Positions 28,600 to 38,352 of a DNA stretch of 64,000 nucleotides are shown here, piece after piece. The notes beneath the pieces were generated by a model. It did no database searches and had not been told where the DNA came from. It saw nothing but the letters and a program-made list of their open reading frames with translations. Position 1 is the stretch's first letter, and every line of letters starts with the position of its first letter. This stretch comes from Alcaligenaceae bacterium. GTDB lineage: Bacteria > Pseudomonadota > Gammaproteobacteria > Burkholderiales > Burkholderiaceae_B. Where the stretch lies: contig CANKOW010000001.1 in assembly GCA_947484295.1 (NCBI GenBank), positions 9,295-73,294 of the forward strand. Reading direction: 5' to 3'. The position numbers and the translations under genes were made by a program.

Positions 28600-28968
28600 A
28601 TGACGAGTCGCCGCTCTATATTGCAAGAAGATACCTACTTCAGGGTAATGCGCATGCTTCAAGCTAATCCCGACCTTACCCAGCGGGAAATCGCTGAAAG
28701 TTTGGGCGTTAGTACAAGCGGGTTGAATTACTGTTTAAAAGCATTGATCAACAAAGGCTGGGTCAAGGTGCACAACTTTGGTTTGTCAAAGAATAAATTT
28801 GGCTACATTTACATGCTTACGCCGTTGGGAATTACCGAAAAGGCTTTGCTCACCAGTCGATTTTTGAAGCGTAAGATGGCTGAATACGATGCACTACGTG
28901 CGGAGATTGAGTCCCTTAAAGACGAGACCGCCGTAGCGGCTGAGGTGAATGCGACAAATCGGATGTGA
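28600..28968 (+). CDS. MarR family EPS-associated transcriptional regulator
   Basis: NPDLTQREIA..LGVS...NYCLKALINKGWVK..NF..SKNK..YIY.LTP.G..EK winged-helix signature. Confidence 0.92.
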   Translation: MTSRRSILQEDTYFRVMRMLQANPDLTQREIAESLGVSTSGLNYCLKALINKGWVKVHNFGLSKNKFGYIYMLTPLGITEKALLTSRFLKRKMAEYDALRAEIESLKDETAVAAEVNATNRM

Positions 28969-29074
28969 GTGACGTTGAGTTCATGCTTTTTTGTGTCGCT
29001 CATTTAGCAGCTTATAAGCTAGCCGAGCAATTGTTAATTTATAAGCAGCCTGCAATCAAACCAATCAGATAATC

Positions 29075-30133
29075 ATGCACAGCTATCCAGTAATTGTTGA
29101 TCGAAAGATTCGTATCGCCGTAGTTGGATGCGGTCGCATTTCTAGCAACCATTTTGATGCAATTCAAAAGCACTCCGATATGGTTGAACTCGTAGATGTG
29201 TGCGACACTAACCCGTCGGCGTTAGAAGCAGCCGTCGCGCGCACCGGTGCGCAAGGCCATCGCAGCGTCTCATTGTTGCTTGAAAAAACCAGCGCCGATC
29301 TTGTGGTCTTGGCAACTCCCAGTGGGCTGCATCCTGAGCAGACGGTTCAGATCGCAGAGTCAGGTCGGCACGTCATGACCGAAAAGCCGATGGCTACTCG
29401 CTGGAGCGACGGTTTGCGCATGGTCAAGGCCTGTGACGAGGCAAATGTTCGGCTCTTTGTCGTAAAGCAGAATCGGCTAAATGCAACCCTGCAATTACTC
29501 AAACGGGCTGTCGAGCAAAAGCGTTTCGGTCGCATTTACATGGTGTGTATTAACGTGTTTTGGACGCGACCACAGGAGTACTACGATAGCGCTGCTTGGC
29601 GCGGGACGTGGGAATACGATGGCGGGGCTTTCATGAACCAGGCTAGCCATTACGTGGACCTACTCGATTGGCTGATCGGTCCAATAGAAAGCGTCCAAGC
29701 TTACACCGCCACGTTAGAGCGCAATATCCAGGTAGAAGATTCGGGCGTACTCAATGTGCGCTGGCGCTCTGGTGCGCTTGGATCGATGAATGTGACGATG
29801 CTGACCTACCCAAAGAACATGGAAGGGAGCATCACCATTATTGGAGAAAAGGGCACCGTACGTGTCGGTGGTGTGGCCGTCAATGAGATTCAGCAGTGGG
29901 AGTTTGCAGAGCCTCATGACGACGACCAAAAGGTCAAGATGGTGAGTTACGAAACAACGTCGGTATATGGCTTTGGACATCCCTTGTACTATCAAAATGT
30001 GATTAAGACCTTGCAGGGCGAAGCGGAGCCTGAAGCAGACGGTCGTGAAGGACTCAAGGTACTTGAAGTTCTTGTCGCTGCCTACCGTTCTGCGAGAGAT
30101 GGTCAGCGCATCTCCTTGCCGCTAGACTACTGA
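29075..30133 (+). CDS. wlbA: UDP-GlcNAcA 3-dehydrogenase (Gfo/Idh/MocA; WlbA/WbpB)
   Basis: VVGCGRIS, ATPSGLH, EKPM, KQNRLN, DGGAFMNQASHYVD. First gene of the wlbABC order. Confidence 0.9.
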   Translation: MHSYPVIVDRKIRIAVVGCGRISSNHFDAIQKHSDMVELVDVCDTNPSALEAAVARTGAQGHRSVSLLLEKTSADLVVLATPSGLHPEQTVQIAESGRHVMTEKPMATRWSDGLRMVKACDEANVRLFVVKQNRLNATLQLLKRAVEQKRFGRIYMVCINVFWTRPQEYYDSAAWRGTWEYDGGAFMNQASHYVDLLDWLIGPIESVQAYTATLERNIQVEDSGVLNVRWRSGALGSMNVTMLTYPKNMEGSITIIGEKGTVRVGGVAVNEIQQWEFAEPHDDDQKVKMVSYETTSVYGFGHPLYYQNVIKTLQGEAEPEADGREGLKVLEVLVAAYRSARDGQRISLPLDY

Positions 30134-30145
30134 CAACTCTTCGAC

Positions 30146-30727
30146 ATGATTGCAACCATTCATCCCAGCGCCATCGTCGATGCAGGAGCTCAAATTGGCG
30201 AAAATAGTAGAGTATGGCATTGGGTGCATGTCTGCTCGGGCGCCAAGATAGGTGCAGACTGCTCTCTTGGCCAAAATGTGTTCGTTGGCAATCAAGTTGT
30301 AATCGGTAATAACGTCAAGATTCAGAACAATGTCTCGGTCTTTGACGGAGTAGAATTAGAAGATGACGTGTTTTGTGGGCCCAGCATGGTTTTTACGAAT
30401 GTTTATAACCCGAGGTCGGCAATCAGTCGCAGAGAAGAGTACCGCCGTACGTTGGTACGCCGCGGCGCCACTTTGGGGGCTAACTGCACAATCGTGTGCG
30501 GTACCGTAATTGGGGAGTATGCCTTCATCGCCGCGGGCGCCGTAATTAACCGAAGCGTGAAACCTTATGCTCTGATGGCTGGAGTGCCGGCCCGCCAAGT
30601 CGGCTGGATGAGTCGATTTGGCGAGCGGCTTGATCTGCCGCTCGGTGGCAATGCCACGGCTGTCTGCCCGCATACCGGCGATACTTACCAATTAACAGAT
30701 GATCATTGCAAATGTCTGAGCCCTTAA
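30146..30727 (+). CDS. wlbB: UDP-GlcNAc3NA N-acetyltransferase (WlbB/WbpD)
   Basis: [40 protein letters not shown] hexapeptide repeats. Confidence 0.92.
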   Translation: MIATIHPSAIVDAGAQIGENSRVWHWVHVCSGAKIGADCSLGQNVFVGNQVVIGNNVKIQNNVSVFDGVELEDDVFCGPSMVFTNVYNPRSAISRREEYRRTLVRRGATLGANCTIVCGTVIGEYAFIAAGAVINRSVKPYALMAGVPARQVGWMSRFGERLDLPLGGNATAVCPHTGDTYQLTDDHCKCLSP

Positions 30728-31821
30728 TTCCTTTCGTTGATCTGAAATCCCAGTATCAGGCGCTTAAACCGCAAATCCAGCAGCGCATCAATGCGGTTTT
30801 GGAGCATGGCCAGTACATCATGGGGCCTGAAGTTCGTGAGCTCGAAGTTCGGCTGGAGGCCTACACCGGCGCGAGGCATTGCATTACATGCGCCAGCGGC
30901 ACTGAAGCACTATTAATTAGCTTAATGGCCCTAAATATTGGCTCTGGTGACGAAGTCATCACGACGCCATTTACCTTTGCGGCAACTGCTGAAATGATCG
31001 TCCTGCTCGGCGCCAAGCCGGTTTTTGTCGATATTGAGCCAGACACCTGCAACATTGATGTCGCGTTGATCGAAGCAAAAATTACTTCCCGCACTCGAGC
31101 CATCATGCCGGTCAGCCTCTATGGTCAGGTATCCGATATGGATCAAATTAATGCGATAGCGGCGCGCCATGGCAATCTGCCAGTGATTGAGGATGCTGCC
31201 CAGAGTTTCGGGGCGAATTATAAAGGCCGCAAAAGCTGTAACCTGAGTACTTTCGGCTGCACAAGCTTTTTTCCGAGTAAGCCGCTTGGATGCTATGGAG
31301 ACGGGGGCGCAGTATTTACCAATGATGATGCCTTAGCGCAAGCGTGCCGCGAGATTCGTGTGCATGGGCAAAGCAAGCGTTACGTTCACTCGCGTGTCGG
31401 CCTCGGCGGTCGCATGGATACGTTGCAGTGCGCGGTGGTCCTCGCCAAACTCGAAAGGTTTGAGTGGGAAGTCCAAAAACGCCTAGAGATTGGAAATCTG
31501 TACAACGATACTCTTGACGGGTTGGGTATTTCGCGAGTCCAGCAGCGACCTGACCGTAACAGCGTGTTTGCGCAGTACACCGTGTTTCTCAAAAAGAGAG
31601 AGACTGTGCAAAAAAGCTTGAAGGCTGCAGGAATCCCAACAGCCGTTCATTACCCGACACCTTTGAATGAGCAACTAGCTTACGCACATTTGTGCTGTCC
31701 CGATTGCACGCCTGTGGCGGCTAAAACAGCCAAATGCGTGATGAGTTTGCCAATGCACCCAGACCTGTCGGCTTCAGAGATCATTCGAATCACCTCTTTG
31801 TTAGCCGAAATAACTGTATAA
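30712..31821 (+). CDS. wlbC: UDP-3-keto-GlcNAcA aminotransferase (WlbC/WbpE, DegT family)
   Basis: [33 protein letters not shown]. Confidence 0.9.
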   Translation: MSEPLIPFVDLKSQYQALKPQIQQRINAVLEHGQYIMGPEVRELEVRLEAYTGARHCITCASGTEALLISLMALNIGSGDEVITTPFTFAATAEMIVLLGAKPVFVDIEPDTCNIDVALIEAKITSRTRAIMPVSLYGQVSDMDQINAIAARHGNLPVIEDAAQSFGANYKGRKSCNLSTFGCTSFFPSKPLGCYGDGGAVFTNDDALAQACREIRVHGQSKRYVHSRVGLGGRMDTLQCAVVLAKLERFEWEVQKRLEIGNLYNDTLDGLGISRVQQRPDRNSVFAQYTVFLKKRETVQKSLKAAGIPTAVHYPTPLNEQLAYAHLCCPDCTPVAAKTAKCVMSLPMHPDLSASEIIRITSLLAEITV

Positions 31822-31835
31822 AAAGAGATAAATAA

Positions 31836-32837
31836 ATGGAACTTCAAGGGAAAAAAATAGTGGTTATTGGGGGCGCAGGATTGATTGGCTCGCACACAGT
31901 AGACCATCTGATTAAAGAAGGAGTCAAAGAAATCATCATTTTCGACAACTTTGTGCGTGGCCGTGTAGAAAATCTTCAACAAGCACTGAAAGACCCGCGT
32001 GTCAAAATATTTGAGGCTGGCGGCGACGTGCTGCAAACGGACATCCTGGAGGCTGCTCTTGATGGGGCTGATGGCGTGTTTCACCTTGCCGCGCTTTGGC
32101 TTTTGCAGTGCCATGAATTTCCTAGAAGTGCCTTTGATGTAAACGTGCGCGGCACGTTCAATGTCATAGAAGCCTGCGTCAAAAAAGGAGTCAAACGCCT
32201 CGTATACTCATCCTCTGCATCCGTGTATGGCGATGCTGTTGAAGAGCCTATGACAGAAGATCATCCGTTTAATAATCAAAATTTTTACGGCGCAACAAAG
32301 ATTTGCGGCGAGGCAATGTTGCGCCCGTTTCACTTTCGTTACGGGCTGAACTATGTGGGCCTTCGCTACATGAATGTTTATGGCCCGCGTCAAGACTATC
32401 AGGGCGCCTACATCGCAGTGATTATGAAGATGTTGGATGCGATTGATCGTGGCGAAAGTCCGACCATCATGGGTGACGGCTCCGAAGCCTTCGACTTTGT
32501 GGCGGCAGAAGATTGTGGTCTCGCTAACGTTTGCGCGATGAAGGCCGATACCAAAGACCGTTTTTATAATGTAGGTACTGGCAAACGAACATCTCTTAAG
32601 CAGCTTGCAGAGATGCTCTTGGTCTTGACCAATTGCAAAAAACCCATCACCTATGCGCCTAGAAGCCAAGCGACCTTGGTTCGCAACCGGATTGGGTCGG
32701 CCAAGCGTGCCCGTGCAGAAATCGGCTTTACTGCCGACATTGATTTGATGACCGGCCTGAGGCGACTGATTGAATGGCGCGCAAGCCATAAGGCAGAGGT
32801 GGCGGGTAGACGCCGGGTAGTGGGTTTGCAAGACTGA
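31836..32837 (+). CDS. NAD-dependent sugar-nucleotide epimerase/dehydratase (extended SDR)
   Basis: GGAGLIGSH, SSASVYG, YGATK, LRYMNVYGP. Confidence 0.88.
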   Translation: MELQGKKIVVIGGAGLIGSHTVDHLIKEGVKEIIIFDNFVRGRVENLQQALKDPRVKIFEAGGDVLQTDILEAALDGADGVFHLAALWLLQCHEFPRSAFDVNVRGTFNVIEACVKKGVKRLVYSSSASVYGDAVEEPMTEDHPFNNQNFYGATKICGEAMLRPFHFRYGLNYVGLRYMNVYGPRQDYQGAYIAVIMKMLDAIDRGESPTIMGDGSEAFDFVAAEDCGLANVCAMKADTKDRFYNVGTGKRTSLKQLAEMLLVLTNCKKPITYAPRSQATLVRNRIGSAKRARAEIGFTADIDLMTGLRRLIEWRASHKAEVAGRRRVVGLQD

Positions 32838-33994
32838 TGGATAAAAATATGAAGCGGTCGATTCAGATTTCCCTGCCGTCCACTGGTGAAGAAGAGTGGC
32901 AAGCATGTCGCGAGCCTGTCATGAGTGGGTGGCTCACTCAGGGGCCGAAGGTTGCGGCTTTTGAAAAGGCATTTGCAGATTACCATCAGGTAAAGTACGC
33001 TTTAGCTACTACAAACTGTACAACTGGGTTACATCTCATTCTGGCCGCCTTGGGCATTGAGCCTGGCGATGAGGTCCTCGTCCCAGCGTTTACTTGGGTA
33101 TCAACAGCTAACGTGGTGCTCTACTGCGGAGCCACGCCGGTATTCGTTGATGTTGATCCTATTACAAACAACATCGATCCAGCCGAACTCAAGCGCAAAA
33201 TTACCTCGAAGACTCGCGCCGTGATCGTTGTGCATCTGTTCGGTCTATGCGCCGAGATGGAGGCGATTCGGGCCGTAGTGCCAACCCATGTCAAGATTGT
33301 TGAGGACGCGGCATGCGCCGCGGGAGCCAGTTACAAGGGAACCTTTGCAGGTGGTCTTGCGGATGCAGCTGCCTTTTCATTTCACCCACGCAAATCAATC
33401 ACAACCGGCGAGGGGGGCATGGTCACGACTAATAATGATGAACTCGCCGAGCGCGTCAATATGCTGCGCAACCACGGCGCCTCCATTTCAGAAGAGCAGC
33501 GTCATAACGGACCGCGCCCCTACCTTTTGGCTGAGTTCAACTTGCTCGGCTTCAATTACCGTATGACGGATTTGCAAGGTGCTGTTGGCCTCGTGCAGAT
33601 GAGCAAACTTGCGAGGTTCATCAATGAGCGTCAGGAGTGGGCCGATTATTACCGGCGGGAACTCGCGACCATTCCTTGGCTAAGACTGCCGGCCGCCGTA
33701 CTTGACGGGCAGCATGCTTGGCAAGCATTTGTAACCTATGTCGATCCCGCGACGGCGCCGATGTCGCGTAATGAGATCATGGAGCGTCTGCAGGCCGCTG
33801 GAATTTCAACGCGGCCAGGCACTCACGCGGTTCACATGCTGGGATATTACAAACAGCGGTTTGGGCTGAAGCCAGATGAATATCCTGGCGCTTATGACTG
33901 CGATACAAACACGATGGCTATTCCATTACACAACCGTATGAATAAGGAAGATTACGCATATGTCGTCCATTGTCTCCGGCAAATCGCAGCCTGA
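32837..33994 (+). CDS. DegT/DnrJ/EryC1/StrS aminotransferase
   Basis: SGWLTQGP.V..FE, EDAACA.G, FSFHPRKSITTGEGG. Confidence 0.92.
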   Translation: MDKNMKRSIQISLPSTGEEEWQACREPVMSGWLTQGPKVAAFEKAFADYHQVKYALATTNCTTGLHLILAALGIEPGDEVLVPAFTWVSTANVVLYCGATPVFVDVDPITNNIDPAELKRKITSKTRAVIVVHLFGLCAEMEAIRAVVPTHVKIVEDAACAAGASYKGTFAGGLADAAAFSFHPRKSITTGEGGMVTTNNDELAERVNMLRNHGASISEEQRHNGPRPYLLAEFNLLGFNYRMTDLQGAVGLVQMSKLARFINERQEWADYYRRELATIPWLRLPAAVLDGQHAWQAFVTYVDPATAPMSRNEIMERLQAAGISTRPGTHAVHMLGYYKQRFGLKPDEYPGAYDCDTNTMAIPLHNRMNKEDYAYVVHCLRQIAA

Positions 33995-34007
33995 CACGGG
34001 AGCGGCC

Positions 34008-35021
34008 ATGCCTGTTTGGCTGAATCAAGTCCTTGGGGTGGATTCGCTCGTAGAGGGGCGGTCCTTCGATGTGGGTGGTCAAGCATTTGTGGTCAAGGAC
34101 GGGCTGCCGCGTAGTAAAAAACTTGTTTCACAAGCTCAGGCTCAGACTAGTGAAACATTTGGCTTTAAATGGAAAAAATTAGACACCTTTGATTCACCTG
34201 CGTCACTGGCGCGGATGCGCGAATGGTTAGTCGAGCGGTATGGCGATATCTCTAGCGCACCTTGGCTCAAAGAGCATGGTGAGAAACCGCTTCTGATCGA
34301 TGCTGGCTGTGGTGCTGGTATGTCTGGGCTCGAGTTGTTAGGTCCGTTGGTTCCGGGTGTGCGTTATTTGGGCGTTGACGTTTCTGAGGCAGTTGACGTT
34401 GCGCGAACTAGGTTTCAGGAGCGCGGTCTGGAAGCCGGTTTTTTGCAGGCTGATATTAGCGAGTTGCCCTTACCCAAAGAGTCGGTCGATCTGATTTTTT
34501 CGGAAGGGGTGTTGCATCACACTAACTCTACTGAGGGCGCGCTCAAATCCTTAGCTCGTCTGCTAAAACCCGGCGGACGCTTTCTTTTTTATGTGTACAA
34601 GCGCAAGGGACCGTTGCGCGAATTCACAGATGATTATGTGCGCGACAGGCTACAACCAATCTCGCCGGACGAGGCCTGGAGGTTCATGGAGCCATTGACT
34701 CAACTTGGGATTTCATTGGGTCAACTTAACGCCGAAATTGACATACCTAAGCCGATCGATTTGCTGGGTATTCCTGCTGGCCGTGTCAACGTGCAGCGCC
34801 TCTTTTACTGGCATGTGGCGAAGACCTTTTATCGACCAGATTTGACCTTCGATGAAATGAATCATATCAATTTCGATTGGTATGCCCCTGCAAATGCTCA
34901 GCGGCAGTCGCCCGAACAAGTTCGGGCGTGGTGTGCGGAGGCTGGCCTTGATGTGGAACGCGAGGTAGTGGAGGACGCTGGTATCACTATTGTGGCGCGC
35001 AAGACGGGCAGGACGTCCTGA
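34008..35021 (+). CDS. Class I SAM-dependent methyltransferase
   Basis: FGFKW, LIDAGCGAG, EGVLHH, LKPGG. Start reassigned to ATG 34008 (GGAG RBS). Confidence 0.85.
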   Translation: MPVWLNQVLGVDSLVEGRSFDVGGQAFVVKDGLPRSKKLVSQAQAQTSETFGFKWKKLDTFDSPASLARMREWLVERYGDISSAPWLKEHGEKPLLIDAGCGAGMSGLELLGPLVPGVRYLGVDVSEAVDVARTRFQERGLEAGFLQADISELPLPKESVDLIFSEGVLHHTNSTEGALKSLARLLKPGGRFLFYVYKRKGPLREFTDDYVRDRLQPISPDEAWRFMEPLTQLGISLGQLNAEIDIPKPIDLLGIPAGRVNVQRLFYWHVAKTFYRPDLTFDEMNHINFDWYAPANAQRQSPEQVRAWCAEAGLDVEREVVEDAGITIVARKTGRTS

Positions 35022-35094
35022 CTTGTTCATAGCAGAAGGCGTGAACTGGTTACTCAGCAAATAGTATTTATGAATTTTTTAGGTTGATGATTTA

Positions 35095-36990
35095 ATGTGT
35101 GGTATTGCTGGGTATTTACAGTTTGACGGGGACGCAGCTTCACCGGTTGTGCTTCGTCGAATGGGTGAAGCGATCGCACATCGTGGGCCGGATGGCGAGG
35201 GCGTGTTTGTCGACGGTCCACTCGGGCTTGCTCATCGAAGGCTCGCAATCATTGACACTTCGCCTGCTGGGCATCAGCCGATGGCAACCGAAGACGGTCG
35301 GTATATTATTTCCTATAACGGGGAGGTGTTCAATTTTCAAGAGTTGCGAATTGAATTGGAGGCGTTGGGGTGGGGCTTTCGTTCGCGAACTGACACCGAA
35401 GTCGTCCTCAAGTCTTTCGCCCAGTGGGGCACGGGCTGCTTTAATCGTTTCAATGGCCAGTTCGCCATAGCGGTTTGGGATCGCACCCAACGCAAACTCG
35501 TTCTTGGGCGGGATAGGTACGGTATCAAACCCCTCTACGTCAGACGTAGTGGAAAAAGTCTTGTGTTCGGGTCAGAGATCAAAGCGATTCTTCGTCACCC
35601 CGAAGCCGTGGCTGTGATGGACAAAGAGGGCTTGTTTGAGTACTTTGCTTTTCAGAATTTCTTCACTGAACGTACTCTTTTCAAAGACGTGACTATCTTG
35701 CCAGCGGGTTCCTGGATATCTGTTGAGGAAAACGGCACCACGGCTAGAGATCAATATTGGGATTTTCATTTCACCGAGCCCGAAGGCGGGGCGGTTGCCA
35801 GCGACGCGGAGTACAAGGAGGAGCTTGACCGGCTTTTGCGTCAGGCAGTAAAGAGGCAACTTGTCGCAGATGTTGAGCTTGGAACTTACCTTAGCGGCGG
35901 AATGGACTCAGGTACGATCACGGCTATCGCCGCGAGTGAGTTACCCAATATGAAAACGTTCACTTGCGGCTTTGACTTGCGCTCTGCCTCCGGCCTAGAG
36001 TTGGCGATGGATGAGCGGGAAAAGGCCGAGCACATGTCCTACCTCTATAAGACAGAGCACTATCAGATGGTGCTAAAGGCTGGCGACATGGAGCGAGTGC
36101 TGCCGAAGTTGGCTTGGCATCTTGAGGAGCCACGGGTTGGTCAAAGTTATCCCAATTACTACGTTGCGCAACTGGCAAGCAAGTTCTGCAAGGTTGTACT
36201 CGCGGGCGACGGCGGCGACGAATTGTTTGCGGGTTATCCTTGGCGCTACTACCGGGCGGTAGTGAACGAAGATTTTGACCACTATACCGACAAGTACTTT
36301 CAATACTGGCAGCGTTTGCTTCCAGCGGATCGCGTCTCGCAGATTTTTGCACCTATTGCGTCCGATGTTTCGCATGTCTCGACGCGCGATATCTTCCGTG
36401 GCGTTTTCCGTGAACCCACTCATCACCTGACTCGGCCCGAAGATTACATCAACCATTCGCTCTACTTCGAGGCGAAGACGTTTCTTCACGGACTGTTGAC
36501 AGTCGACGATAAGATCAGTATGGCGCATGGGTTAGAAACGCGCGTTCCATTCCTCGATAATGACTTGGTCGATTTCGCGTGCCGAGTGCCCGTGAGACTC
36601 AAGCTAGGGAATCTTGGTGCTGTGGTTCGCCTCGACGAGAATGAGCCGGGGCCGAAGACGGCGAAGTACTTCCAGCAGACGAACGATGGGAAGCTCCTGC
36701 TACGGAGGGTGATGGGGCGCTATGTTCCCGCTGATGTTGCTGATGGTGTAAAAAAAGGATTTTCTGCACCTGATGCTAGTTGGTTCCGTGGCGAAAGTAT
36801 TGATTACGTCCGTCGTAGCTTGATGGGGCGCGATGCCCGCATCTTTAACTACCTCGACCGATCGTTGATACAGTCACTGATCAGTAACCATCTTGACGGC
36901 AAAGAGAATCGCCGACTATTGATCTGGTCTTTGCTCAGCGTAGAAGAGTGGTTGCGTAATTTGGAGAATGGTTCGTGGACGAACCCCTGA
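35095..36990 (+). CDS. asnB: Asparagine synthetase-like amidotransferase (#2)
   Basis: MCGIAG, HRGPD, LSGGMDS, GGDELFAGY, ETRVPFLD. Confidence 0.92.
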   Translation: MCGIAGYLQFDGDAASPVVLRRMGEAIAHRGPDGEGVFVDGPLGLAHRRLAIIDTSPAGHQPMATEDGRYIISYNGEVFNFQELRIELEALGWGFRSRTDTEVVLKSFAQWGTGCFNRFNGQFAIAVWDRTQRKLVLGRDRYGIKPLYVRRSGKSLVFGSEIKAILRHPEAVAVMDKEGLFEYFAFQNFFTERTLFKDVTILPAGSWISVEENGTTARDQYWDFHFTEPEGGAVASDAEYKEELDRLLRQAVKRQLVADVELGTYLSGGMDSGTITAIAASELPNMKTFTCGFDLRSASGLELAMDEREKAEHMSYLYKTEHYQMVLKAGDMERVLPKLAWHLEEPRVGQSYPNYYVAQLASKFCKVVLAGDGGDELFAGYPWRYYRAVVNEDFDHYTDKYFQYWQRLLPADRVSQIFAPIASDVSHVSTRDIFRGVFREPTHHLTRPEDYINHSLYFEAKTFLHGLLTVDDKISMAHGLETRVPFLDNDLVDFACRVPVRLKLGNLGAVVRLDENEPGPKTAKYFQQTNDGKLLLRRVMGRYVPADVADGVKKGFSAPDASWFRGESIDYVRRSLMGRDARIFNYLDRSLIQSLISNHLDGKENRRLLIWSLLSVEEWLRNLENGSWTNP

Positions 36991-37553
36991 CGCCGCAGCG
37001 TTTTGCCGCTTTGCTGCGAGAGACTTACCTTGCTGCAGATGAGCGCCTGCGCAATGACTTCCAGCGCAGCCTACCGTTTCAAGACGCGCTGTTCGATAGA
37101 TGGGAGCGTGCAAATAGGCTTGGGTTTTCGGAAGGCGCGAGCATTTATAACAGCGCGTCGATTTTTGGTGATGTCTCAGTAGGTGCGGCCACTTGGATTG
37201 GTCCGAATACGCTTCTGGATGGGACTGGTGGCGGGATTAGCATTGGTGCCTATTGTTCCATATCGAGCGGCGTGCATATTTATACCCATGACACTGTCTT
37301 GTGGGCGCTATCGGGCGGCACTCTGCATCACAAGCGTGCGCCAGTGAGCATCGGCGACTGCACTTATATAGGTAGTCAGAGTGTGATCGCAGCCGGCGTA
37401 TCAATCGGGTCTCGTAGCGTCGTAGCCGCAAACAGTTTCGTCAACGCCGACGTTCCGGAGGCGACGATTGTTGGTGGTACGCCGGCGCGCGAAATTGGCA
37501 TGGTCTTGGGCGAAGGCGCTCAAGTTCGCATGGTTTTCCATTCAAAGGCATAG
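36975..37553 (+). CDS. Hexapeptide-repeat acyltransferase
   Basis: WIGP, IG..CSIS.GV.IYTH, IG...VVAANS.V..DVP, GG.PAR. GTG start. Confidence 0.85.
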   Translation: MDEPLTPQRFAALLRETYLAADERLRNDFQRSLPFQDALFDRWERANRLGFSEGASIYNSASIFGDVSVGAATWIGPNTLLDGTGGGISIGAYCSISSGVHIYTHDTVLWALSGGTLHHKRAPVSIGDCTYIGSQSVIAAGVSIGSRSVVAANSFVNADVPEATIVGGTPAREIGMVLGEGAQVRMVFHSKA

Positions 37554-37599
37554 ACTCGCGTGTTTATCTTTTCTCGCCATTGAAAGATCGGTTCATCAA

Positions 37600-38352
37600 A
37601 TGAGCTTAACTCACATAGAATTTACCGTAGACCGCTATGCTGAATTGCTTTCGGCAGCAGCAGAGCGCTATCGTTTTCTTCGTTTTACCGACAATGCGTC
37701 ACAAGGCGATGTTGCACTTTGGCGGCATGATATCGACATCTCACCGCAGCGCGCTTTGGCACTTGCCAAAGTTGAGGCTGCGAGTGGCGTCATCGCTACC
37801 TATTTCGTTCAGGTTTCATCTCGTTATTACAGCGTTCTCGAACCAGAAATTGCCTCCGTACTGCGGGAGATTGTCGCCCTCGGCCATGACATAGGCTTAC
37901 ATTTTGATGCACATGTTTGCTCGCACCAAGTTGCTGGGGACTACGATCGGCGCATCGCCTTTGAAGCCCACATACTCGAAGAAGTTGCTGAGACCCGCGT
38001 AGCTTCTTTCACGCTCCATAACTCGACAACGTTAGTTGGTGTTTCGTTGAACGAACCGTATCGTGCTGGGCTCATAAACGGAACCTGCTCCGATTTACGA
38101 AACTCCTACTCTTATTGCTCTGACAGCAACGGCCTTTGGCGCTTCCGGACTTTGGCGGAGATGATCGCCGATCCGTCGGTGACTCGCCTGTACGCTCTTA
38201 CACACCCTGAGTGGTGGCAGTCTGAACCTATGCCTCCGCGACAACGCCTACAGCGCTGCATCGATGGGAGAAAAAATTGGTTAGAAAATTATTATGATGA
38301 GTTATTAGCCGCGAACGATCGCCCTAACATCGGGCGCAAAGGGGAGGTGTGA
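37600..38352 (+). CDS. Polysaccharide deacetylase-like protein (WbmS-like)
   Basis: WRHDID, ATYFV, GHDIGLHFD, SDS..W, LTHPEWW. Start reassigned to ATG 37600. Confidence 0.7.
   Translation: MSLTHIEFTVDRYAELLSAAAERYRFLRFTDNASQGDVALWRHDIDISPQRALALAKVEAASGVIATYFVQVSSRYYSVLEPEIASVLREIVALGHDIGLHFDAHVCSHQVAGDYDRRIAFEAHILEEVAETRVASFTLHNSTTLVGVSLNEPYRAGLINGTCSDLRNSYSYCSDSNGLWRFRTLAEMIADPSVTRLYALTHPEWWQSEPMPPRQRLQRCIDGRKNWLENYYDELLAANDRPNIGRKGEV

Noticed and set aside
32208-32906. 232-aa antisense ORF
   Set aside because: It lies opposite a well-supported SDR gene and has no motifs. It is a shadow ORF, like the many other 60-170 aa overlapping ORFs in the track.
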